From Hamiltosporidium tvaerminnensis FI-OER-3-3 (taxonomy: Eukaryota > Fungi > Microsporidia), in NCBI GenBank assembly GCA_022605425.2, contig JAKIMF020000001.1, positions 682,001 through 746,000 on the forward strand: DNA of 64,000 nt, given 5' to 3'. Of the stretch, positions 13,985-26,489 are shown in pieces (position 1 is the first letter of the stretch; each line of letters begins with the position of its first letter). A program made the translations under genes and the position numbers. Below the pieces are notes generated by a model. It was not told the origin of the DNA, did no database searches, and saw only the letters and a list, made by a program, of their open reading frames with translations.

Positions 13985-16900
13985 AAATGATGCATCGGCG
14001 TTTAAATAGCGCTATTTACCATAAAGATTTTGCTCAGTTCGTCTCTATCTTGCGCCTTTTCCTTCCACTGCCTCACATTCAGCATTCTCAGATCATTATC
14101 TACAGCATCCAGCCATCTTTTCTGTGGAGTTACCCTTGGTTCTTCTTCCATTGAGTTTATACAGTTGACTTGGTTCACTTCTCAATAAAAGGCATTCGCA
14201 TTACATGTCCTAGCCATCTTAATTACCTCCTTTTTATTTCAGTTCGCAAATATGATTTACTATAGAGATCATGAATTTCTTGATTAGTTCGTATTTTTCG
14301 CTGATTTTTAGGCCATATTTTGCGAAGTATCTTTCTTCCATACGTGTCTAAAAGTATTCAATCTCTTTTCGTCATCACTCAAGTTTCAGATCCATACATT
14401 ACAACAGGTCATATGATGGTTTCATATATATTATTTTATTGAATTCATTCTTATATATCTTGATTCAATCAAATTGCATCGAAAAGTAGACTAAATTTAC
14501 AGCTTTACTCTGTTTCATAATTTCTTCATTGCTTTTTTTATTTGCATTATAAGGGTTTCCCTAATATTTGATGCTCGATACCTTTTCGAACTTTATTATG
14601 TGAATCTCTACAGCTTTATTTAAGTTATATTGCGAAAACATACTTACCATATACATATCTTGTTATGATTAATCTTAAATTCTGCTTTTGCTGATTCTGT
14701 TGCGATTGTACAAAAAGAAGATTTTATATCATTTTCGTTTTTGCAGATTATGCTTAGGCTGTCGGAATATGCTATGTATAAGTTTTTATATTGTGAATAA
14801 TTCCAATTCCATCGGGTTAATTATACTAATAATATTATTGATTGTAAGGTTCAATAATGTAAATGATAATGTATTTTCTTGTTTTAAGCCATGTTTTTAA
14901 TAAAATCATTTGAAGTATGGTTTTCTATCAATACTTTTCATTTTGATTTAGCAAAGTAAATTTTATAATTCTTATCAGTTTTGTAGGTATTCCTAAATTC
15001 CAAGGAGCCTTAGACGTGTATTTTCGATCGATACTATAGTAAGCTTGTAAGTATTCTAGAAAGAGATTATATGTGGAATATTATATTCATAACATTTTTT
15101 CAAAATCATGCTCATTATAAATATTTGATCTTTTGTCGACTTTTCTTTACTAAATCCTATTTATAATGAGCGAAAATTCGTTCGGCGAATTTTCCTACCT
15201 ATTTTGCTCGAAACTTTATAACCAGAATTCAAAAGAGATATTCCTCTATACTCAGCGAATTCCATTTTCTCCTTTTGGTTATTTTCAGGTATTATCAGGC
15301 TTAGATTATATTCATTGGGAATTTTTCTTTTTTACTATATGGTTTTAACCAATTAATGTATATTTATGCTTAATATATCAACTCAATATAATAAAAGCTC
15401 GGCTGAAATTTTATCCTTTTAGTGCTTTATGATTTCTTAAACGAATAATAACTGTTATTGCTTCCTCGAGGCTTGGAACTGCGATGGTTGCAAAATGTTT
15501 CTTAGCCGGATCTTTATAACAGTTTTCCTTGTCTGATTTATCTTCTTCTACGCAATTTAGAAGGCTTTCAAAATATTTAGCCTATGTATCTAAAATTTCT
15601 ATGAGATCTGTAAAATCTCACATTTCTTTCTTCTAGAATTCAGGTTTTAGGTACAAATTTTTGTTTCTCATTTCTTATTATATGATAAATTCTCTTTTTT
15701 TTTACTTTCTGCCATTCTTTCTATTTCTTTTGATCTTTTAATCTCTCTTACTCTTTTCTCACTTTAAAACGGTTTACATTGGCTCTTGCCGTACAGAACT
15801 CTTGTTTTATATATGTAGCATTGAATCGTAGCATTTTAATTCCGGTTTTGTTCGTCGATTGATGGCATCCTTATACTCTTGTATAAACTAGTATCTCGTT
15901 TCTTGTTTTTTTTTTAAACTTTAACACTTCTTTTGCTGTTTTTTCAATCGTAATTTTATCTTTGTTCAGGTATCATGTATGTCAATCATTATATAAGGCT
16001 TGTTGATGTTTTAATATTTAGTCTAGGTCATTGCATATTTTATATACCGTTTGGATCATTCAAAAAATCAGTATTATATTTCTCTAATGTAGATCTTCTG
16101 GGTTGTTTTAAGGTCGATATACCCCAAATATACTTCATCTTAAGCAAAAAGTGATCTGAATCTCAATAAGCGCTTCAAAAGCTTCTTAAATCCATGAAAC
16201 TTGATACAATCTTAGAATTTATAAGCGCAAGGTCGTTTTCGGTTAAATGGCATACCATTTAGTGATCGCCACGTGCATTTTTGTATTATTTTATTCTAAA
16301 ATAACTGCTAGAAAGGCCATGTTCTTACCGACTGCAAAATCGGTTAGTATGGTTTAGTTATATTGGATCCAGTATGAATGTTTTTTGTTCGATAATAAGC
16401 TTGCATGTTATATCTTTTCTTATCTCTACCTTTAGATCAGATATAAACAATTTTTATATCATTTCTTGGGGCATTTTCGTAGGTATATATGAGTCTTGCA
16501 TGAAATTCATCATTTATTTCTTCATTAGTATCTTCAGTGGGGGCGTGAATATATAGCAATTTCGTGTTAAAAAAATGACCCTTGACTCTTATTGGGCACA
16601 ATCATTCATCATAGGCTTATATCCCAAAACATTTCTTACATGATTGTTTTTAATGGCAAATGCAGTCCCCGGTAGAAGTCTTGGCACTGCTGTAGAACAC
16701 CGTTATTCCTTTGATTTCTCACATCTGATATTTTTTATCTGGTTTCTTGCAGTGCAACAATATTCATTTTATATGTAACAAATTTAGTAGATAGATTGGA
16801 TAATGCGCCTGCTCGGAAAAGACTGCGCAAATTCTAATTTTCAATATAATAGAAATTTCTTTAATATTTTTTTATTTTTTTTATTTGATTTGTTTTCAGG

Positions 16901-17045
16901 ATTTATAATATTGCGTTTCGGTTTCGTAAAAATATGGTTTTGTGAGATAGGAGTGTTAGGCCTATGCTCAACCTTAGGCCGTAATACAGGCTTGGGAACA
17001 GTAGAGCAGAACTCTTCGTATCTTTGGCAGAGTTACGAAATGGCT
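13985..17045 (-). mobile_element. Decayed RTE-clade LINE (APE endonuclease plus RT)
   Basis: Ordered minus-strand motifs: IVALQETR (~16750), IHAPTE (~16545), DSDHF (~16155), GFSKEKSTKDQI (~15140), QAYYSIDR (~15035), IYETII*PVVMYGSET (~14400), LRWLGHV (~14210), GRR..QKRWLDAV (~14120) and WKEKAQDR (~14055). Confidence 0.85.
16966..17040 (-). ncRNA. Degenerate twister-ribozyme-like motif at the 5' end of the RTE element
   Basis: Minus strand reads TAACTCTGCC...CTGTTCCCAAGCCTGTATTACGGCCTAAGGTTGAGC. This resembles the twister pattern UAAC.CUGCC...GUCCCAAGCC...GAGG found in RTE 5' UTRs. The 3' strand is mutated. Confidence 0.55.
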
Positions 17046-17949
17046 TAATGTAAACTATTAGCTCAAAGTTTGGAGCAGAAAGGTAATAAGAAAACTATTA
17101 GATCAAAAAAATAGCTATCATAATCAAGACAAAAACGAACCGGGAATGACGATATTATTAAAATTACATCAATTTACAGTTATCTCACTGTAGGAATTAT
17201 TGTCAAAAGAATATTTGGCAAATTGAATTTCTGTTTTAATTTTTAAAAATATTAAATTATTATATTTACTTTATTTTTTAGATTAATAATATAAAAAATT
17301 CAATTTCTTAGATTAGGACTATCAAAAAGAAATTGTAGGTTTTATAAGAACATTTTAATTCATTTTTCTGCCACAAAATAGGTCTTGACGTAGCAATAAA
17401 AGGCTGTACGTTTCTCAAGACAAAAAAAAGGCTGAAAGTAATATAATCAAAAAAATCTGGATTTAAGCGACCTAACAAATTGAGAACACATATAACAGAA
17501 GAGGAAAAGAGTGTAGTTTATTAGCAAGAATAAAAAATTTAAGATTAAACGTATCGAAGAAAAAAGCCAATTAGAAATCCAAAAAAATCAAATTAATCGA
17601 AAAATTTATAGAAGCGGCCGTAAAAAGATCAACCCAGATGTATATAATTTAAATCAACATAATTAGATAGAAATAAAGCTGTAAAACATCATTTAAAGCC
17701 TCCATGTTTACTTTGCAATAACTTTGAGCGATATTTTTTGATGGTTCTAATTTTATAGAAACCCTTTTAATATATGTTGCAATTGAGGATAAATAAATTA
17801 CCGGATATTTATATACTGCGAATTTTAAAAAAACAATGAACGAAGAAAGTGCAGATTGAATAAATTTTTCAAAAATATAGTATCCTAAAATAATGCTTGT
17901 GTTTTTAAGATTCAATGAAAGCAAATATTAAAATTTTTTCTGGGGTTTT

Positions 17950-20900
17950 TTCATTTTGTTATCGCATGCATACACAAATGTACAAACATTCGAGTAAATT
18001 GCATCATATGTGAAATAATCCTAGACGATATACATGACTATATATTTCCGATGAAGAGGGAGTAATAATAATAAAATGGACGAATTCATTAAATAAAACA
18101 TGTGAGTTATGAATAAAAGAAATAATATCTGGCTTTATGAAATGGTATTGTTTTCTATTGTCTTAAAATTTACTATAAAGCTTGAAAAAAACAAGAAAAT
18201 TCTATGCATGGCTGAAGCGAATTTGGAAAGATTGAAAAAAGAAAATTTGATGTGAGAATATATAATTTTAACGTTTTAATGAAGTCGCAGCTGTTTTTGT
18301 AAGCGAAAGAGGCAAACCCCTTATGTAAAGAGACTTATTGATGCATCATACAGTTAAGGATTCTTCATTACTCATTCAAGCGTGTAAAATAGCGGTAAAC
18401 CCCTAGATGCTTCTATTATATTCTCTTTTGTTGTAATATCGAGGAAAGGCTAGGATACTAATATTAAAATTAATTATACAAGAGAAACAAGTTCCAATGC
18501 TCTTAAAAATATTACACCAAAGGAATATTATTCCTACTAATTGAAATAAAAATAGATTCAATTTCTTTGCAAGTGCAGAAAAATTCCCTCAACAAGATAT
18601 ATTAGATGCATATTGAGAACCTAAATTTAATGATTTAGATTACACTAGAACTTAATTAAAAAACCTTAGAGCCGAAAATAGCTCGAATGTGTCACAATCA
18701 CAAAAACAGGATTTTAGGGACGGAACTCTTCGAAATTCGCGAAATATCTTTCTTTTGACATTCTCAAGTAGCCCTCAAAACATGTAGACTATATCAAAAT
18801 GCTATCGAGATAATTCAACTTCAAGGAAAACAAGTTTTTTATAACTATAAACAGCAATCCAATGTATGGTTAAACATCTGAAAATCTAGTAAAACCGAGG
18901 AATGCGAGAATCATTCTGATTTAGTAGATAAAATCTAAGGCAAGAATATAGTGTCTCATGAATGACGGTGGTAAAATTAAAATTTTTTTAGAAGTAAAAG
19001 TATATTGCTGAGATGACATTGAATTTCGAAAAAGAGGGTTATCATAGGCTCATGTTTTATTAAAATTAGAAGAAGATAATGAATCAGGCACTAAAAATCA
19101 AAATATAAGATGTTTCGACAGGACTATCAGATAAAAAACCCATTTAAATTATTTTTAAAACAAATAAAAGTTAATTTTTTGTTCATGTGGGGCTTGCCAT
19201 ATTCATCTTGCATGGCCAAAAATCAATGTTATAAATCTTTTCCAGAACATCTCAAGATTCTACTGTTCTAAATTCAAGACGGAAATCCTTTATATCGTAA
19301 ACAAAAAACTTATCCAGTTAAAGCTAGAAAAAACCATATTAATAATAGCTGGTTATTTCATTAAAACCCATATTCATCTTTAAAATGTAACTGCCATATA
19401 ATTTGTGCGTATGTGCGTTTTTTAAAGCTGTAAAATACCTGTTTGGTTTTCTTACAAAGAATCCGACTGTGCAAAAAATTGTTTTCGATTCAATAAAATT
19501 AAAACGATTTTAGATTTATGGTATGTAAGCTCTCATAAACAGTCTAGAGAATATTTAAATTTCCTAAACAAGAACAAAATCATCAGTAAAAAGATTAGGC
19601 TCATCTTGAAAGAAAACAAAATATATTAATTGAATTAGAGGAAGAAAAAATAAAAGAAATCATCTATACAAAAGAAGAAAGCCCATTAACGGCTTCATTT
19701 AAACTCAATATTGGAGCCAACCAGTACCGCCATTTAAAATAGTCCGAAATACTCGTAATTTTTAGCTGGAAATATCACACGCGAAAACCTCAAATTATAA
19801 TTTTAATAGTTGTATCAGAAAAATTGTACCTATAAGTATATTATATTCCGAGTTATATTGCTTAAAGCCTCTATAATTGTAAATATTGGGTACTATTCAT
19901 TTGAATATGCAATCACTATAGACGGAAAACCTATATAAATTATTTTGCGACAGTTATCGCAAAAAGAATTGACGAGGGAAGAAAATTTTTGAACAAAACT
20001 TTGGATTATGCCGTGGCAATGAAAATACCGAGATTAATTCGCCATTATATGTCTTTTCGGTGATATTACGGACATTTCATAAAATATGAACAAAACACAG
20101 AAATAATCTTATCAAAGATCACGGCTAATTCTACGAACATACCATTAAGATTTTTGTGAATTATATGTTAAGATAAATTGAAAAATATAAATGCAAATTA
20201 AAATACACATGAAAAACGTTGTAAGGATTTTGGATTACAAGACCTCCCCCCACATAATCATTCTGGGTGATGTGATATACTTAAGAAATAAAATAATTTT
20301 AAGTTCGAAAAAAACTTAGATTAAGATCCGAAAACTACCTTTTTTTAAATTGTGAACGCTGTAAATAACAGCTCCAAGGAAATATGTATTTTTTTAAACG
20401 GATCCGGAGGCAGTGGAAATATATCTTAGAACTTGAGGAAGAGAAAATGATATTTCATTTGCATCAACAGGATTAGTAGCAACTTACCACGAAGTACAAA
20501 ACATATAATTCACGATTGTAAGTTTTTCTGATTCTTAATGAAAAGCTGTTTTTAAAGTGAACTTAATATCGAGCGAAAGGCGAGAAATCTATGATTAATC
20601 TCAAATTAACTACGATAATGCCATACTAACGCTCGCTTCGGCCTTGCAATCTTTAGATAGACTAGACATTGAGCTCGTAGAAACTAACTTTCGTTTACAT
20701 GCATAAGAAAAAAATCGCGAAATAATCATAAACGTTTTATCAGTGCCATAATTCCTCAATCATATCATTAAAAATTTTAAACTCTCACCTAGTCTGTTTC
20801 TCTTATATTTTTTGTTCTTTCAGATCTGAATTATTCGCCGCTTTTTTGCAATTTCTCAATACGATTTTAGGATATTTTCTATTTTATCGTATTATTCTTC

Positions 20901-22600
20901 CTAATTCTATTTACTTCCAATTTTTTAGAGCTTGACCACGGCATTTTATGTTTATTATTTTCACCTTCCACATATTTTTATTCAATTCTGTCTTTTTTCT
21001 CGATGAATTTTCTTTATACGAAACAAATGTTCTTTTTAAGGATATACTGTATTATTTAATTTATTTATTGTATAAATTCTTAGTCATTTTTATTAAAAAT
21101 CTTTTCATTTAATCAAGTATAAAGTTTCGTGAAGCTATTCAAGCAAAAATGTTTTGTTCAATTATTATTGAGAATATAAATAAATTGGACAGAAATACGG
21201 CAAAAAAGAATCAATTGTATCATAAAATTTTTTATGTAACTGTAAATTCTTAGAAAAGAAATCTTAACAAATTGATTTAAACTTTTTTTAAACGGAATAC
21301 TTTAAGAAAAATTAAAACAACAAATTTATTATACGATTCTTGATAAACAATACAATTCAGAAGAAAATTACAATTTTTATTTCAATTATTTTTTTAACCA
21401 ATAGAATCTTTTTAATTGTTTTATGTTCAGTTCTATTCACTATTATAAGTTTTATGAGCAGATAGAAAAAGACATATCTTAATTGGGGCACTCTTATCAG
21501 TGTCTTATAGTGTTTTAACCAATTAAACATTTCGAGGCGAGTCTTCGTCGTCGGGACATTACTAAATTATATAGAATGGATTATTCAAAGGCATCCAGAG
21601 TAATGTCGATTGTGTTTCTATGGAAAGGCAAATTTTTACTCAAAAACTATATACAGTGGTTCCCCATGGTAAGCAAAGCACAGGGTGCAGATTTTATTTC
21701 ATAAAGCTTCTTGTTTTTCTCTTTGTGGAATACTTTTAAAATATTGAAACTTTCTAACAATATGCGAGCTAAAGACAGGCTATATAGTGAATAGCCTATT
21801 AAATAGAGCAATCGAGAACTTATGAATAGTAATAATTTAGATGAGAGTTTGATAGAAATCCCATCATATATGATTTTTGTATATATTTCAATAGATAATT
21901 TTGCGAAATTTTATGCGAAAAGAATATCGTTGACGTTTCTAAAAGAGGTAATTCTTTTACATAAAAATGAAGAAATTAATAAAATTCATCTAAAAGTATT
22001 TGTGTAATTTATTGTGCCGAACAATACATATCTTAGTACAGCTAGTCTTTTAAAATTTGAAATAGAATGTGAACGATTATCCCGTTTAATCTTTTAACGG
22101 TCTCTCATCATCTAGAATTACTCCTCTCGCTTTTAATCTTAATATAGGTGCTATTGTTTTATTCTTAGAAATTTAAATGGAGAAAGGAAAATTTTGACGA
22201 AACTAGGCCAATTGTATGTGAAATGAAGCCAAATATTATCTTGTACAAAATATTAAGTGATTGCGTCAAAGACAATTATATATTTTTTCGGAGAATTGAT
22301 TTTACCTCAAATGCAAGTCTTCCATTTCAATTTCAACGAAGATAATTTCTAGTATAATTGGCATTTGCCATGACAATTGACAAAGCCCGGGGTCAAACTT
22401 TAGATAAAGTTGGTATTTTTCTACCAACAATTTTTTTAGCTGCTGGAAACTTCACATGATCTTTTCCATGACTGAGAAGCTGAAATAATGTCAAATTTTA
22501 TTGTAAAGATACGCCTGAGAACGGCCAAACCTTATTCAAAAGCATTTAAGTATTGGCAAAAAAAAATTAAAACCGGCTTTGGCCTTAAAATATTATATTA
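17950..22600 (+). mobile_element. Decayed Helitron (Rep plus PIF1-like helicase), interrupted by an insertion
   Basis: Remnants in order: NEVAAVF, QDILDAY, NLRAE, YQNAIEI, GKQVFITINSNP, EFRKRGLS*AHVL (Rep motif 2, ~19021), FLNGSGGSG (Walker A, ~20395), ASTGLVAT, SLWNTFKILKLSNNMRA (~21740) and LAFAMTIDKARGQTLDKVGIFLP (~22360). Confidence 0.88.
20786..21573. repeat. ~0.8 kb dispersed repeat, family F copy 1, nested in the Helitron helicase region
   Basis: Collinear similarity to 60203-61023, from CACCTAG.CTGTTTCTC to TCGGGAC.TTACT.AATTATATA. Confidence 0.8.
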
Positions 22601-25547
22601 GAACGAGAGCTATTTTTTTAAACCAATTACTTTTAGCATTATAAAATTTTTCTCTTTTAGAATATCAATATACATAAAAAAACCAATTATGCTCAATCCC
22701 CTAACATTTTGATTAAAAAAAAATTAAGGCGCTAAAAAATATAATAGCTTGGTTTACTTTGCATTCTCACTATATATTCTCAGTCCTAATATTTCTTTAT
22801 GCAGAGTATTTTAATATATTTAACCTATGCTGAAATGTATCATTATGTTTTATACGATTTACTAGTTTGTAAAAATTGATAAATCGGTTTCAACAGGCGG
22901 AAATAATCTTTTTAAAATTTAAATCGAACAGTATATTAGAGAATTGTCTTAAACTTCAAAAATGTGCTTTAAACTTAATCGACAAGTTTCACACTTTTAT
23001 AATATAAAATTAAATATGTTTCCACAGCTTTACCAACTGTCCTATATAAAATTTCAGAAATTTTTTAATACATCCTTAGCAAACCATTTAGATAATAAAT
23101 CTAAAAAAATTCAACTTTATTAGAACTGAACATATTTTATTCCTCAAGTTATAGGAGAGTTGGACATAAATACTATAAAAATACAGGTTGACTTCCGTAA
23201 AAAGCCATTGAAATATAAATTAGGGTTAGTTTAAGGAAATTGAAACCAAAAATAAAATATATACTGACAATCATACATAATACTAAAATACTGTTGCTTT
23301 AATAACGATTGATTGATTTAAAAATATAGCTTTTTCTTTTATAAAATTATGTGAACTATTCCTATAATTCTGTTTTTGGTATATAAATTTTAATTTTTAA
23401 TTTTAATCTTAAATCCTATTTCCATAAACTATTCAAAACCAAGCCATTCCATTAATTTTAACTTTAAACCTCATAATCATAGTATAGCCATGTTTCATAT
23501 TATGAAATTGAAATTCCACTATTTTGTATTTATAGCTTTAAAATATTTATCTAACTATTACCGAATCATAATTAATGAATTTTCAGAATGTTATATTTTT
23601 AAGTTTTTGTTTTCTTTTAAATATTTTCGGAATAAATAATTATTCCTGTATTATAAATAAAAGGGTGAGGAAATACACCCATGTTTTTTTTATATTTGCT
23701 TTTGATTATTCTTTATTTAAATATATTTTTTCGCTTACTTCGATGTTTTATCTTCAATTATTCTATTGAAAACTAATAGTTTAATAGAGAATTTATAGAT
23801 TGAAATGTTTATCAAGAAAAAGACAAAACTCATGTTTAGAATATGTTTTTAGAGAAACATGAATTGCGTGATAAACCAATATACAATGACCCAAGCAATA
23901 ACAAGATTTTATAAAATTTAAACATTTAACAAATCAATTCGTTTTAATCATTAAGTTTTACATAATACATAAATATAAATGTTTTTATAGAAAAAAAAAG
24001 TATGAAAACCTTGATTTATACAACATCTATGTTATAAACAAATATTAGATGACAAAAATCTATTTCTAATTATAAAAAAAACACAATCGATGAATTCCTT
24101 TAATTACATTATATGTAAAACCAAATAAATATTTAGTCATGGAATAGTTTAGAAAAATTGGATTGAATTCTAAAACCCATGTTTCTCAATTTATTTCAGC
24201 TTTAACATATTTTTTTAATATAAGAATTTAATTTGAGCACATAAATTTATTTTTAATCAAAAAGCAATTTCGAAATTTTTCATTAATCCCTTTTGGATAC
24301 TAAATTTACTTAAATGGAAATTATGTTTCTGAAATAAATGACATCTAATTGGATATAAATTTGTTTTTTATTTTATCCAAAACTGGAAAATTATATCCGC
24401 TTTTATATTTTAAATAATGTGGTTTAATTTATATCAAAAAAAAAATAAAAGTGTTCTATGTTTCATTTTTAAATACCAACATAAAATATGTTTAGGTACA
24501 AATAAATAAATTAAATTAGATTTTTGGATTATGTACCCATAATAGTTGAAAATTTCTTTGTTCGAAATATTTTTTTTAAAATTTTCTATACATTATTTTA
24601 ATAAATCATAAAAACATAAATTCATCAATTAAATATCATAATACTCTCAAAAAAGCAGTCTGGACTAAAGTCTAATTTAATACCTATAGCGATTTTTTTA
24701 ACAAAATATGGATTTTTCTATTTATTTGTAATTCTGAATATGAAACCTAAAATATAAAGCTAGAAATTTTATAAATAAACCTGTGAAAAATAACAAACAA
24801 ATCAATAATAAAGTTATTTAGTTATTATTTGTAGAAAAGGTACATAAAATCTGTTTTTAACAATATACCAAAATATTTAAATTTTTGTTTATGAAGTTTT
24901 ACAAAATTTTTTAAATGAATGTTGAGATGATGTTAAAATTATTTTGATCATGAAAGCTTATCGCCGTAGCGCTAATAAATAATAAATTAAATTTTACATA
25001 GTATTTATTTTATTGAAATAATTAAAGATTAATGAAGCGGTGTAGTTGAATAAAGATTTCTTATATAATATGATAAAAATTTCAAATCAAATTTGCAGAT
25101 TTAAGAATTCAATGTATCAAAAATCAATTTAATTAACTTTTTTTACCATTTGATGCTTACAAATTAACTATTTTTCAAATAAATTTTTTATTATTTTTGT
25201 TTGCTAATTAAATGATCTAATTTCTATTTATATGCTAATTAAATAAACATTTATGATAATTGTTCTGATAAATTAAATGTTTTGAATGAAAATGATTCTC
25301 TGTAAATTATATAATTTCTGACTCATTAAAAATGCTTCAAACATCATTATTTTTTAAATATAAAATAAGAAGATAGGATTACACGATATAATTTAAACCG
25401 TTCAATTTTTTTCAAAATATTTATATATGAAGATAAAAAAATCAAATTTTTAAACATATGATATTGCAAAAAACATATTTTTAATACGAAGAAATTCTAT
25501 AAAAAGAAAATATTTTTAAATTAATTTCACTAATAAATCTACCCTAT

Positions 25548-26489
25548 ATGAAAGAGAAAAACAATTTTGAAGACGAAAAAGCAAGAAACTTCGGAATAAA
25601 AATTAATGAATACCCGAGCGAAAAATTACGATTTAGTGAAAATACAATTCGAAGCGTAATGCCAGAAAATGATACGCGGCATGGACTTGACGTCTTGTGT
25701 GACGCATCAGTAATTTTCGAGAAAAAGGAAAATGATGAGTATTTAAAAGAATGCAGTGATTATGTCGAAAATAAAATTCATTATTCGAGGAGTTATTTGT
25801 GTCATAAAAATGATGCAAATAGATCTAAAGATAATGTGTATGGTTGTTTTATTGATAGTCGAAATCCATCTATAAATGAACATAGACATGAAGAAACGTT
25901 TCCATCAAATAGAAATCTCCGGAATTTAGATCTAAATAAATTTGACGAACATCTGTTCAGAAAAAATGGAAAGAAAATACTTATATATTCTAACGACAAT
26001 TTAAATATAAAAGCCGATTGTAAAAAGGAATATAATTACGATTATACGAGTGATAAAAACGAATATATGAAATATAGAAACAAAAGAAAGCCGTATGCAG
26101 ATTTTGGTTCATACAATGTTATAAATTCCCAACGATTTAGAGATCAAAAAGAAGAAATGGAAGAGGTTTTTAGACAATTGATTAAATACGATCCGGATTT
26201 TAGAGATGTGAATAAGAATTTTACCCATTTAAAAAAATTGATTTCGAATCCAGACATTTTTATCAATCGAAAAAAACGATCTGGATTCTATGAAATGACA
26301 GCAGAAGAAAAAAAGAGCAAACATATAAAATCGGAACATATGAGAAGAGATATACTAAATAACTGCTTCATGGCTCTAAAAGAGGTTCTACCAGAAAAAT
26401 TTAGATGTAATAATAAAAAGAATATTATCTTAGCAACGATAAGATTTTTACTCTTACTAAGACTTGAATTCTTTTCTAGACAGAAATAA
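25548..26489 (+). CDS. bHLH transcription factor (C-terminal basic helix-loop-helix)
   Basis: KKSKHIKSEHMRRDILNNCFMALKEVLP...NKKNIILATIRFLLLL fits the H-E-RR basic region and HLH of Myc/Max/Ino4-type factors. ACCCTAT lies directly before the ATG. Confidence 0.8.
   Translation: MKEKNNFEDEKARNFGIKINEYPSEKLRFSENTIRSVMPENDTRHGLDVLCDASVIFEKKENDEYLKECSDYVENKIHYSRSYLCHKNDANRSKDNVYGCFIDSRNPSINEHRHEETFPSNRNLRNLDLNKFDEHLFRKNGKKILIYSNDNLNIKADCKKEYNYDYTSDKNEYMKYRNKRKPYADFGSYNVINSQRFRDQKEEMEEVFRQLIKYDPDFRDVNKNFTHLKKLISNPDIFINRKKRSGFYEMTAEEKKSKHIKSEHMRRDILNNCFMALKEVLPEKFRCNNKKNIILATIRFLLLLRLEFFSRQK

Noticed and set aside
21490-21560. Hammerhead ribozyme at the end of family F (CCGACGA...CGAAA on the minus strand)
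   Set aside because: The core is imperfect, there is no UH cleavage site in register, and the motif is not conserved in the second copy.
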